A stretch of 64,000 nt of DNA. It comes from Syntrophomonadaceae bacterium. GTDB taxonomy: Bacteria; Bacillota; Dethiobacteria; DTU022. This document shows positions 25,758 to 34,981 of this stretch, piece after piece. Location: positions 7,532 through 71,531 of the forward strand of contig PWGX01000017.1 of assembly GCA_003554615.1 (NCBI GenBank), in the 5' to 3' direction. Within the stretch, counting starts at the first letter, position 1. Each line of letters starts with the position of its first letter. The position numbers were made by a program, and so were the translations under genes. The notes below the pieces were generated by a model that searched no databases, had not been told where the DNA came from, and saw only the letters and a program-made list of their open reading frames with translations.

Positions 25758-27652
25758 TTGTAATGGATGGTGTGCTTGGCAGTATGAACCTGCCTGATGA
25801 TCTGAAGAATATGACCGGGGAACAGCTTGAAAAAGCCGCTTCTGAAATACGCGAATACATGATCAGGACGGTGGCCGATAACGGTGGCCACCTGGCGGCA
25901 AGCCTGGGGGTGGTTGAACTGACCCTGGCCTTGCACAGCACCTTCAACAGCCCCACCGACCGCATTATTTGGGATGTCGGCCATCAGAGTTATCCCCACA
26001 AGTTGCTTACAGGCAGATGGGAAGAGTTTGCCACCCTGCGCCAGCTTGATGGTTTGTGCGGTTTTCCAAAGCCTTCTGAGAGCGAACACGATCCTTTTCT
26101 GACCGGGCACAGCAGTACTTCAATTTCGGCGGCCCTGGGCCTGGCTCAGGCCAGGGATTACAATGGTGAAGATTACAAGATTATTGCTGTAATCGGCGAC
26201 GGCGCCCTGACCGGGGGAATGTCTTTTGAAGCCCTTAACCACGCCGGCCATATCAAGGCCAATATAACGGTTATTCTAAACGACAATAAGATGTCGATCA
26301 GCTCAAACGTCGGCAGTATGTCTGCTTACCTGGCCCGGATCCGCTCTGATCCAAAATATTCTAGACTAAAGGACGATTTCGAAAGCTTTGTAGGCCGGAT
26401 CCCTGTGGTAGGAAAGAAAGCTCTTAATTATGCCGACAGGGTCAAGGGCGGGCTTAAATACCTGGTTGTGCCGGGCATGATCTTCGAAGAGCTCGGCTTT
26501 ACTTATTTTGGCCCCATTGACGGTCATAATATAGCTGCAATTAAAAATACCCTCCGGCAGGCCAATCAGATGAAAGGGCCGGTCATGATCCACGTGGTGA
26601 CAGAAAAAGGGAAAGGGTACCACTACGCAGAAAAATCACCGGAAGTTTTCCACGGAATCGGTCCTTTTGATTTAAACAACGGCTTGCTCAAGAAAAAGAA
26701 AAGCGCTTCGTACACAGAAATTTTTGGCCGGACCCTGATCAAGCTCAGCCGTGAGAACCCGAAAATTGCGGCCATTACGGCGGCCATGACCTCGGGTACC
26801 GGCCTGAGAAATTTTGCCCGGGAATTTCCGGAACGGTTTTATGATGTAGGGATTGCCGAACAGCATGCGGTAACTATGTCCGGGGCTTTGGCTGCCGGCG
26901 GAATGCAGCCGGTTGTAGCCATTTACAGCACCTTCCTGCAAAGAGCCTATGACCAAATTTTACATGATGTCTGCATGCAAAACCTGCCCGTTGTATTTGC
27001 CGTTGATCGCGCCGGTATAACCGGCGAAGACGGAGAAACTCACCAGGGTTTATTTGATCTCAGTTTTCTGCGCAGCATCCCCAAAATGTCCATAATGGCG
27101 CCTTCCAATGAAAACGAACTCCAGCACATGCTGTTTACGGCATTAAACTATTCCGACGGTCCTGTGGCCCTGCGCTACCCGCGCGATAAAGTGGAAGGAG
27201 TAGACCTTGAAGAGCCGCATATTTTACCCTGGGGCAGGGGCGAGTTGCTTCGGGAAGGCCGGGATCTGCTGATCGTTGCCGCCGGAACGGTCGTCAAGCA
27301 GGCCGTAGAGGCTGCCGAAAAACTGACCCGGCAGGGTATTGATGCAGCGGTGATCAATGCCCGTTTTGTGAAACCTTTGGACAAAGAGCTGATTGCTCTA
27401 TGGGCCCGCAGGTGCGGGCGGGTTTTGACCGTAGAAGAAAATGTCCTGGCCGGCGGTTTTGGAAGCGGCGTTCTCGAACTGCTTGCCGGTGAAAGTTTGT
27501 CGGTGCCGGTAATAAGGCTCGGCATAGGCGATCAATTTGTCGAGCACGGTTCCCGGGCTAAATTACTTTCTCATTTCAAACTTGATGCCGGGGGAATTTT
27601 TAATGAAGCCCTTGCCTTTGTCGGTACCGGGGCTGTGAAGGGTCAGAGTTGA
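25754..27652 (+). CDS. dxs: 1-deoxy-D-xylulose-5-phosphate synthase
   Basis: The motifs GGHLAASLGVVELTLALH, WDVGHQSYPHK, the TPP-binding GDGALTGGM and IAEQHAV are all present. Confidence 0.95.
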   Translation: MIVMDGVLGSMNLPDDLKNMTGEQLEKAASEIREYMIRTVADNGGHLAASLGVVELTLALHSTFNSPTDRIIWDVGHQSYPHKLLTGRWEEFATLRQLDGLCGFPKPSESEHDPFLTGHSSTSISAALGLAQARDYNGEDYKIIAVIGDGALTGGMSFEALNHAGHIKANITVILNDNKMSISSNVGSMSAYLARIRSDPKYSRLKDDFESFVGRIPVVGKKALNYADRVKGGLKYLVVPGMIFEELGFTYFGPIDGHNIAAIKNTLRQANQMKGPVMIHVVTEKGKGYHYAEKSPEVFHGIGPFDLNNGLLKKKKSASYTEIFGRTLIKLSRENPKIAAITAAMTSGTGLRNFAREFPERFYDVGIAEQHAVTMSGALAAGGMQPVVAIYSTFLQRAYDQILHDVCMQNLPVVFAVDRAGITGEDGETHQGLFDLSFLRSIPKMSIMAPSNENELQHMLFTALNYSDGPVALRYPRDKVEGVDLEEPHILPWGRGELLREGRDLLIVAAGTVVKQAVEAAEKLTRQGIDAAVINARFVKPLDKELIALWARRCGRVLTVEENVLAGGFGSGVLELLAGESLSVPVIRLGIGDQFVEHGSRAKLLSHFKLDAGGIFNEALAFVGTGAVKGQS

Positions 27653-28485
27653 AAAGCAGCCGTCAAAAAAAACGCCTCGATCTTCTCCTGCACAGGCTGA
27701 AGCCGGAACTGAGCCGGAGCCGAATCCAGTCGGAAATAATGGCCGGAAAAGTCCTGGTTAACGGATCTGTATGTGATAAACCCGGGACCCTGGTGGAAGA
27801 AAGTGCAGAAATAAAACTCCTTGAACCGGACAACCCTTACGTGAGCCGGGGCGGGCTGAAGCTGGAAAAAGCCCTGGAAGATCTGGCCATGACCGTCGGG
27901 GGCCTGGTCGTCCTTGATGTCGGCGCTTCAACCGGGGGATTTACCGATTGTTTGCTGCAGAACGGCGCCCGCCGGATTTATGCTCTTGATGTTGGATACG
28001 GCCAGCTGGATTACAGCCTCCGCCGCAATCCGGCAGTAGTGGTTATGGAGCGTTTCAATGCCCGCTTCCTGAAACCTGAAGATATACCGGAAGTTCCTGA
28101 TTTGGCCGTAATTGATGTTTCGTTCATTTCACTGTTAAAAGTTTTGCCCGTCCTCTGCCGCCTTGAGATACCGCATGTCCTGGCCCTGGTTAAACCACAA
28201 TTTGAAGCGGGGAAAGCAGATGCCGAAAGGGGTAGGGGCGTAATCCGGGACCCTGACTTACACTGCCGGGTTTTAACGGATATCATCGAAGATGCCTGCA
28301 AAACGGGGTACTGCTGCCGGGATATAACTTTTTCCAAATACCCGGGGCCCAAGGGGAACATTGAATATTTTGGATACTTTTCAAGAGAAAAAGCTGGGGT
28401 ATGCAAGTGCCGGGAAGATTATAAAGAAAAAACAGCAAAGACTGTAGAAGAAGCCCATCTATTGCTGCTGAAAGAGAAGAAATAA
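27649..28485 (+). CDS. tlyA: TlyA family rRNA (cytidine-2'-O)-methyltransferase
   Basis: The product has an S4-like N-terminus (RLDLLL..RSRIQSEIMAGKVLVNG) and an FtsJ-type SAM-binding motif (LDVGASTGGFTDCLL). Confidence 0.88.
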   Translation: MKSSRQKKRLDLLLHRLKPELSRSRIQSEIMAGKVLVNGSVCDKPGTLVEESAEIKLLEPDNPYVSRGGLKLEKALEDLAMTVGGLVVLDVGASTGGFTDCLLQNGARRIYALDVGYGQLDYSLRRNPAVVVMERFNARFLKPEDIPEVPDLAVIDVSFISLLKVLPVLCRLEIPHVLALVKPQFEAGKADAERGRGVIRDPDLHCRVLTDIIEDACKTGYCCRDITFSKYPGPKGNIEYFGYFSREKAGVCKCREDYKEKTAKTVEEAHLLLLKEKK

Positions 28486-28571
28486 CGAGCCTGGGAGGAT
28501 ATCGAAGCCGGCGCGAAGAAACTTATTCCAGTCCGGGTTGGTTTTAGCTAAAGGAGGATCCAGGAAGCCAT

Positions 28572-29423
28572 ATGAAAGAAATAGGTGTTATCCCCAACTG
28601 GCATAAAAGCAATACTACCCTGGTTGTAGATAAGATAAAAAAATTTTTTAGCCAGCGCCGGATACCTCTTCATGTTGTTGACAGCGATCAGGCTGATTTC
28701 TACAGCAGCGTGTCCCTTGCCGAACAACTTTCCGAACTTCATAACAGGCTGGAAATGATCATAGTGGTCGGCGGAGACGGCACTATTCTCAGGGTGGCCA
28801 GGGATTTGGCCGGCTGGGATGTGCCGGTTTTGGGCATAAACCTGGGGCACAAGGGTTTTCTGGCTGAAATAGAAGTCGAACAGATGGAGCGGTTCCTGCA
28901 ATATATTGCCACCAGGCAGTACGATTACCAGGATCGGATGATGCTTGAAGCAAAACTTTACCGCAGGGATGAAGAACTGGGTTGTTACCTGGCCCTCAAT
29001 GATATTGTTGTGGCCCGCGGCCCTTTTTCCCGCAACATAAAAGTGGATTCATTTATCAACAACGACTTCATGGAAAGCTATTTTGGAGACGGCATAATCA
29101 TTTCTACTCCCACCGGTTCAACCGCTTACTCTTTATCGGCGGGCGGGCCCATAATCAACCCGGTCATGGAGCTTTTTGTAATTACACCAATCTGCCCGCA
29201 CAGCCTCTACAACCGCTCGGTTATAGTTGACGGCTCGGACACGATCAGTTTAAAAGTCGACTCCCGCCAGGTCCAGGTAGTTTTAACGGTTGATGGTCAG
29301 GTCCGCTTTGCCCTCGAGGACGACGACCGTATCCTGATCTGCCGGGCCAAACAAAAAGTTAAACTGGTTTGTTTCCATGAAAACTCCTTTTACAGGTTAC
29401 TGCATCAAAAGTTAAAGGCATAA
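28572..29423 (+). CDS. nadK: NAD kinase
   Basis: The motifs GGDGTILR, NLGHKGFL and STPTGSTAYSLSAGGPI are present. Confidence 0.92.
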   Translation: MKEIGVIPNWHKSNTTLVVDKIKKFFSQRRIPLHVVDSDQADFYSSVSLAEQLSELHNRLEMIIVVGGDGTILRVARDLAGWDVPVLGINLGHKGFLAEIEVEQMERFLQYIATRQYDYQDRMMLEAKLYRRDEELGCYLALNDIVVARGPFSRNIKVDSFINNDFMESYFGDGIIISTPTGSTAYSLSAGGPIINPVMELFVITPICPHSLYNRSVIVDGSDTISLKVDSRQVQVVLTVDGQVRFALEDDDRILICRAKQKVKLVCFHENSFYRLLHQKLKA

Positions 29424-29443
29424 ATTTAAGGAGGAGCAACTAA

Positions 29444-31156
29444 ATGCTTGTGGAGCTGCGGGTTTCTAATTTTGCATTAATCGAAGATCTCAGCTTTACC
29501 TTTAGTTCCGGCTTAAATGTATTAAGCGGCGAAACCGGGGCCGGCAAGTCTGTGGTGATAGGAGCGATCGGCCTGCTGCTTGGTGAAAGGGCTACCGTGG
29601 AACAAATCCGCCAGGGCAAAGACAATGCCTATGTGGAAGGGGCTGTCTACCATGAACAGGCCGGCCAGAATCAAATAGATGGCCTTTTGGAGAAGGCCGG
29701 AATCGAGAAATCAGATGAACTGATCATTGCCCGCGAAGTTTACAGCAACGGTCGCAGCGTGGCCCGGGTGAACGGCAGGGCTGTTCCGGTTTCGTTTTTA
29801 AAAGAAATGGGCCGGTACCTGGTTGATCTGCACGGCCAACATCAGCATCAATCCCTGCTGCGTCCCGAAGAACACCTGGAGCTGCTTGATTCATTCGGAG
29901 GCGAAAAGATCAGGACATTAAGAAACGCACTTGAAGAAATGTCCCGCAAAAGGCAGGACTTGCAGAAAGAGCTGTCCTCCCTGGGCAGCAGCAGCTCCGA
30001 ACGTGAAAGGCGCCTTGATGTATACGAATTTCAAATCAATGAAATTAAAAATGCAGGTCTGCGGCAGGGTGAGGATGAAGAACTGGCTGCACGGGAAAAA
30101 GTCCTTGCCAATGCTGAAAAATTGTGGAACCTCACCGCCGATGCTTATGCCGATCTGTATGCCGGAAGTGATGATGGTATGACCGAAGCGGTAATCGACC
30201 GGTTCAACAGGGCCAAACGCTTCCTGGATGAAGCGGCCGGGATCGATCAGAACCTGGTTCCCATGCTTGATCTTCTGGAGAGTGCTGCGGCCCAGCTGGA
30301 GGAAACATCGCATGAACTTCGCGATTACCAGTCCAGGCTTGAATTTGATCCGGCCGAGTTGAATATGATCCAGGAACGCCAAAACCTGATCGGTGATTTG
30401 AAACGGAAATATGGTTCCTCAATTGAAGAAGTTCTTGAATTTGCCGCCCGGGCGGAAGAAGAAATGGATCGACTCAGAAACAGTGAGGAAACGGCCGCAC
30501 GCCTGGAACAGGAAATTGGCGATCTGGAAAACCGGATGATGGAACAAAGCCTGCAGCTGCGCAAGCTGCGCCGGGACACGGCCGAAAATATTGAGGCTTT
30601 ACTTGAAGAATGCCTGCAGGAGCTGGCCCTTCCCAACGCCCGCTTTGAAGTCAAGTTTACTGAAAAAAAGGAGCTGACTTCAAAAGGGTTGGACCAGGTT
30701 GAATTTATGTTCAGCGCCAACCGCGGCGAAGATGTTAAACCTTTGACCAAGATTATCTCAGGCGGCGAGGTTTCCAGGGTGATGCTGGCCCTTAAAACGA
30801 TCCTGGCCAGGCAGGATATGGTGCCGACCCTGATATTTGACGAAGTCGATGCCGGGATCGGGGGAGCGACGGTACAGGCGGTAGCTGAAAAGCTGGCTCA
30901 CCTCTCTATGCACCATCAGGTCTTGTGCGTTACACACAGCCCCCAGATCGCCGCCATGGCCGATTCTCATTACAGTCTGTACAAGGAAACCGTTGATGAA
31001 AGAACCTTGACCAGGGCGGCCCTGCTCGACTCATGGCAGAGGCGGGAAGAACTGGCTCGTATGCTGGACGGGGCCGGAATCGACCAGGTCAGCCTGCAAC
31101 ATGTCGACAGCGTCCTGGAAAGGGCTCGCCGTTTTAAAGAACAGTTTGCGGGTTGA
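29444..31156 (+). CDS. recN: DNA repair protein RecN
   Basis: The N-terminus LVELRVSNFALIEDL..F..GLNVLSGETGAGKS is typical of RecN. A long coiled coil follows, then the C-terminal SGGE.SR..LA and FDEVDAGIGG motifs. Confidence 0.95.
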   Translation: MLVELRVSNFALIEDLSFTFSSGLNVLSGETGAGKSVVIGAIGLLLGERATVEQIRQGKDNAYVEGAVYHEQAGQNQIDGLLEKAGIEKSDELIIAREVYSNGRSVARVNGRAVPVSFLKEMGRYLVDLHGQHQHQSLLRPEEHLELLDSFGGEKIRTLRNALEEMSRKRQDLQKELSSLGSSSSERERRLDVYEFQINEIKNAGLRQGEDEELAAREKVLANAEKLWNLTADAYADLYAGSDDGMTEAVIDRFNRAKRFLDEAAGIDQNLVPMLDLLESAAAQLEETSHELRDYQSRLEFDPAELNMIQERQNLIGDLKRKYGSSIEEVLEFAARAEEEMDRLRNSEETAARLEQEIGDLENRMMEQSLQLRKLRRDTAENIEALLEECLQELALPNARFEVKFTEKKELTSKGLDQVEFMFSANRGEDVKPLTKIISGGEVSRVMLALKTILARQDMVPTLIFDEVDAGIGGATVQAVAEKLAHLSMHHQVLCVTHSPQIAAMADSHYSLYKETVDERTLTRAALLDSWQRREELARMLDGAGIDQVSLQHVDSVLERARRFKEQFAG

Positions 31157-31178
31157 TCCGCTTCCGGGAGGGGAAATA

Positions 31179-33293
31179 ATGCTTCTTGAGAATATGATGA
31201 CCAGCAATTATGCCACGCTTCGGCCCGGTGACAAGCTGGAAACGGCCGTTCAGCGCCTTAGAAACAGCCGGCGTGACGGCCTGCCCGTCTTACACGAAGA
31301 CGGTTCGCTTGCCGGCATTTTTACCAAGACCAACCTTTATGATGCCCTTCTAAAAGGATGCAACCTTGATCAGGCGGTCGATCCCTATTACAACCGCAAC
31401 GTAGTAAAAATAAGCAAAGACCTGACCTATGATCAGGTCATAGATACCGTGCACCGCATCCCGGTCGGAACCGGGGTTGTCATTGACAGTTCAGGTTCTG
31501 TGGTAGGCCTGTTCACCAAGGTAGAGCTCATAACCTCACTTTTTAAAGAAGAGAGGATGCTTAACACCAGGTTGACAGCAATGTACCAGGCCATGCACAA
31601 TGCCCTGGTATCTGTTAACGATAACGGGCGGATCAATTTTGCCAACCGTTCAGCCGAGCAGCTTTTTGGTATCAAAAACAGCGCTGTAAAAAACAAGCTC
31701 CTGGAGGAAGTTCTGCCCGGGTTTGATATGAGCCCGGTCCTTGAAAAAGGGATGGTGGAAATCGGGGCCAACTATGCCACTTCCAAATTTACTACCGTAG
31801 TTAACAAAACTCCTCTAATTGATAACGGCCGGGTAGTTGGGGCGCTGGCTATTTTTCAGGATATAACCGACCTGGAATCGATTGCCGAAGAAATGGAAAC
31901 TGTTAAAAGGCTGAACCAGACCCTGAGGGCGGTCCTCGATATTGGCTACGATGCCCTGGTGGTTGTTGATGAAGAAGGGCTGATCGTTTTGGTTAACCGG
32001 GTATTTTTAGACTTTGTCCGTCAAAAAGAAGAAGCAGTTATATCAAAACCGGTTCACGAGATTCTTGAAAACAGCCGCCTCCAGGTGACAGCAAAAACGG
32101 GCGTACCCGAGTTGAACGATATCCAGTTTATTGAAGGAAAGCCCTATGTCGTATCCAATCTTCCCATTACCAGGGATGGAAAAGTAATGGGGGCTGTTGG
32201 GAAAATTAGCTTCAGGCGGGTTGACGAACTACGCGATCTGGCCGAAAGGCTGGAAGCGATGGACAGCCGGCTGGCCCATTTCCAGGAAGAGTTAAAGAAA
32301 GCGCGGTTCAGTGAACGGCCGTACCAGTTTGAAGATATCGTTACCATTAACCCCGGGATGCAGGCAGTGATCCGGGAAGCGCGGCAGGCTGCCCAGGGCC
32401 ACTCCACGGTGCTAATCAGCGGCGAGAGCGGAGTGGGCAAGGAACTGATGGCCCAGGCTATTTACCAGGCTGGTCCGCGCTGTAATGGGCCTTTTGTCAA
32501 AGTAAACTGTGCCGCCATTCCTGAAAACCTTCTTGAGTCGGAGTTTTTTGGATACGTCCAGGGTGCTTTTACCGGGGCCCAGCCCGGGGGAAAGCGGGGC
32601 CGACTGGATATGGCTGACGGCGGGACCCTGTTTCTCGATGAAATAGGGGATATGCCCCTGACCATGCAGGGCAAGCTGCTGCGGATTTTGCAGGATCAGA
32701 CTTTCGAGCGAATCGGGGGGACTTCGACCATTAAAGTTGATACCCGGTTTATTGCCGTTACCAACCAGGATCTGGAACAAAAAGTGAGGGAAGGCAAGTT
32801 TCGCGAAGACCTGTATTACCGGCTTAATGTCATACCGGTCCATATCCCGCCTTTACGGGAACGGCCGGAGGATATTTTGCCCCTGGTTAACGCATTTCTA
32901 CGCAAATATAACGATATTTTCGGAATGCAGGTCAGCGATATCTCACCGGAAGCTTTGGCTGCTTTGCGGTTTTATAACTGGCCGGGCAATATCCGGGAAC
33001 TGGAAAATGTTGTGGAACGGGCCATGAACTTTACTGATGAAGATGTGATTAGAATTGATCACCTGCCGCCCCACCTGCGCAAAGCAGGTTCCAATTTTTG
33101 GCAAGATGAGAATGCCGGGCCTTCCGGTGAGCAGGTTGTTCCCGCTTACCGCTGGAAAAGAGAAGAATCTGAACGGGATGCTATCATCGGGGCTCTGCGG
33201 GATGCCGGGGGCAACAAGAGCAGGGCAGCCCGGTACCTGGGGATCAGCCGCTCCTGGCTTTATGAAAAGATAAACCGTTATAATATCAAGTAA
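31179..33293 (+). CDS. Sigma-54-dependent transcriptional activator with N-terminal CBS pair and PAS domains
   Basis: I chose the ATG at 31179, which follows GGGAGGGG. The product has a CBS pair and PAS-like regions. The AAA+ core carries GESGVGKE and the sigma-54 contact loop GAFTGA, and a Fis-type HTH (NKSRAARYLGISRSWLYEKI) closes the protein. Confidence 0.88.
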   Translation: MLLENMMTSNYATLRPGDKLETAVQRLRNSRRDGLPVLHEDGSLAGIFTKTNLYDALLKGCNLDQAVDPYYNRNVVKISKDLTYDQVIDTVHRIPVGTGVVIDSSGSVVGLFTKVELITSLFKEERMLNTRLTAMYQAMHNALVSVNDNGRINFANRSAEQLFGIKNSAVKNKLLEEVLPGFDMSPVLEKGMVEIGANYATSKFTTVVNKTPLIDNGRVVGALAIFQDITDLESIAEEMETVKRLNQTLRAVLDIGYDALVVVDEEGLIVLVNRVFLDFVRQKEEAVISKPVHEILENSRLQVTAKTGVPELNDIQFIEGKPYVVSNLPITRDGKVMGAVGKISFRRVDELRDLAERLEAMDSRLAHFQEELKKARFSERPYQFEDIVTINPGMQAVIREARQAAQGHSTVLISGESGVGKELMAQAIYQAGPRCNGPFVKVNCAAIPENLLESEFFGYVQGAFTGAQPGGKRGRLDMADGGTLFLDEIGDMPLTMQGKLLRILQDQTFERIGGTSTIKVDTRFIAVTNQDLEQKVREGKFREDLYYRLNVIPVHIPPLRERPEDILPLVNAFLRKYNDIFGMQVSDISPEALAALRFYNWPGNIRELENVVERAMNFTDEDVIRIDHLPPHLRKAGSNFWQDENAGPSGEQVVPAYRWKREESERDAIIGALRDAGGNKSRAARYLGISRSWLYEKINRYNIK

Positions 33294-33296
33294 AAG

Positions 33297-33887
33297 TTGG
33301 GACAAACCGGAAAACAAAGCGAGGTGTTAACCATTTACGAGGACCTGAAAGAAAAAACAGTATCCACCAGTTACCTTTACCGCGGGAAAATTGTGAACGT
33401 CCGCCAGGACAGGGTGAAGGATGGCCGGGGGAAAGAAGCCTTCCGGGAAGTGGTCGAACATCCCGGTGCAGTGGCTATCCTGGCTGTAAATGAAAATGAC
33501 GAAGCAATGCTGGTCAGGCAGCACCGGCAGCCCGCCGGAGAAGTTATGCTGGAAATACCGGCCGGCAAACTGGAACCGAATGAAGAACCGCTTGAATGTG
33601 CCCGTCGTGAGCTGATGGAAGAAACTGGCTTAAACGCCGGCAGATGGCAGGAATTAACCTGCTTTTACACCTCGCCGGGTTTTTGTAACGAAATGATTTA
33701 CCTGTTTCTGGCTGAAGATCTAAGCCAGGGTGATCCGGCAACTTCCGATCCGGAAGAAAATATCAAAAAGGAAGTTATATCACTGCCCCGGGCCGGGGAA
33801 ATGATTGCAGACGGCCGGATTAAAGACGGTAAAACTATAATTGCGCTCCAGTACGCCATGCTTCAAAAAAAATATACTTACGAATAA
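33297..33887 (+). CDS. NUDIX hydrolase (ADP-ribose pyrophosphatase type)
   Basis: The NUDIX box is readable as GKLEPNEEPLECARRELMEETG. The gene has a TTG start. Confidence 0.85.
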   Translation: MGQTGKQSEVLTIYEDLKEKTVSTSYLYRGKIVNVRQDRVKDGRGKEAFREVVEHPGAVAILAVNENDEAMLVRQHRQPAGEVMLEIPAGKLEPNEEPLECARRELMEETGLNAGRWQELTCFYTSPGFCNEMIYLFLAEDLSQGDPATSDPEENIKKEVISLPRAGEMIADGRIKDGKTIIALQYAMLQKKYTYE

Positions 33888-33981
33888 ATGATAATATTTA
33901 TACATATTATTTTTATTGGGCAGGTATTTTGATTTTCTCGTTGAAGATAAATACATATTTTGTTGCGAGGGTAATATAGGA

Positions 33982-34869
33982 ATGCAAAAACAACTACAGG
34001 AATACACTAATTATTTAGCCGTTGAAAAAGGTCTCTCAAAGAATACCCTGGAATCATACCGCCGAGATCTAAATAAATTTATTGCTTTTCTGAATAAGCG
34101 GGAGGTAGTAAACCCCGAAAAAGTTGATCGTGAAGACATCAACTTCTTTTTAGCGGAACTGAAAGCAAATAAAAGCGCCACCTCTACCATTTCGCGGACC
34201 ATAGCCTCGATCAGGTCCTTTTTTAATTTTTTGATGGAAGAAGGGTTTATCGAAAGCAATCCCGCCCTCAACCTTGAATCACCAAAAATTGAAAAGAAAC
34301 TACCCCGGGTTTTAACCACCTCGGAAATTGATCGCCTTCTTGGACAACCCAGGCCTGGTGACCATAAGGGACTGCGGGATAAAGCGATGCTCGAACTGCT
34401 TTATGCTTCGGGAATCAGGGTTTCCGAACTGATCGACCTTAATTTAAGCGATTTTGATCCACGGGTCGGCTACCTGCGCTGCCGGGGCAAGGGCCAGAAA
34501 GAAAGAATAGTGCCTATCGGTTCGGTAGCAATCAACTCTGTCAATGAATATATGAGCAAAGCCAGGTCCAGGTTATGTAAAAATAACGGAGAAACCGCTC
34601 TATTTGTGAACCAACACGGAAATCGCATGACCAGGCAGGGTTTTTGGAAAATCCTGAAAAAGTATGCCTTTAAATCTAACATTGACGGAGAAATAACTCC
34701 CCACACTATTCGCCATTCTTTTGCCACTCATCTGCTTGAAAACGGTGCGGATCTGCGTTCTGTCCAGGAAATGCTCGGGCATTCCGATATTGCGACTACC
34801 CAGGTCTATACCCAGATAACCAGGAAAAAAATCCGGGAAGTATACGACAAGACCCACCCCCGGGCTTGA
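33982..34869 (+). CDS. xerD: Site-specific tyrosine recombinase XerD
   Basis: I chose the ATG at 33982. The N-terminus YLAVEKGLSKNTLESYRRDL and the catalytic residues in ASGIRVSELI, HTIRHSFATHLLENGADLRSVQEMLGH and TTQVYT match XerD. Confidence 0.88.
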   Translation: MQKQLQEYTNYLAVEKGLSKNTLESYRRDLNKFIAFLNKREVVNPEKVDREDINFFLAELKANKSATSTISRTIASIRSFFNFLMEEGFIESNPALNLESPKIEKKLPRVLTTSEIDRLLGQPRPGDHKGLRDKAMLELLYASGIRVSELIDLNLSDFDPRVGYLRCRGKGQKERIVPIGSVAINSVNEYMSKARSRLCKNNGETALFVNQHGNRMTRQGFWKILKKYAFKSNIDGEITPHTIRHSFATHLLENGADLRSVQEMLGHSDIATTQVYTQITRKKIREVYDKTHPRA

Positions 34870-34981
34870 TTTTCCGGCCTAAACCAACAGCTGTTGCAAA
34901 AACTAAATAGGTCTGCAACAATTAAGATATAAATTTATGCTCTGATCAGGCTGGCAATAGTTTTAAGGCGGGAATAATAAC

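Noticed and set aside
33915-33945. A sigma-54 promoter-like TGGGCAGGTATTTTGAT lies upstream of xerD.
   Set aside because: The -12 element reads TG rather than GC at the required GG-N10-GC spacing, and the -24 element is imperfect. It is probably a chance match.
33982-34869. This tyrosine recombinase could mark a mobile element or prophage.
   Set aside because: It has the XerD-type sequence and sits in housekeeping context (NUDIX upstream, tRNA nucleotidyltransferase downstream). There are no flanking phage or IS genes or att-like repeats.
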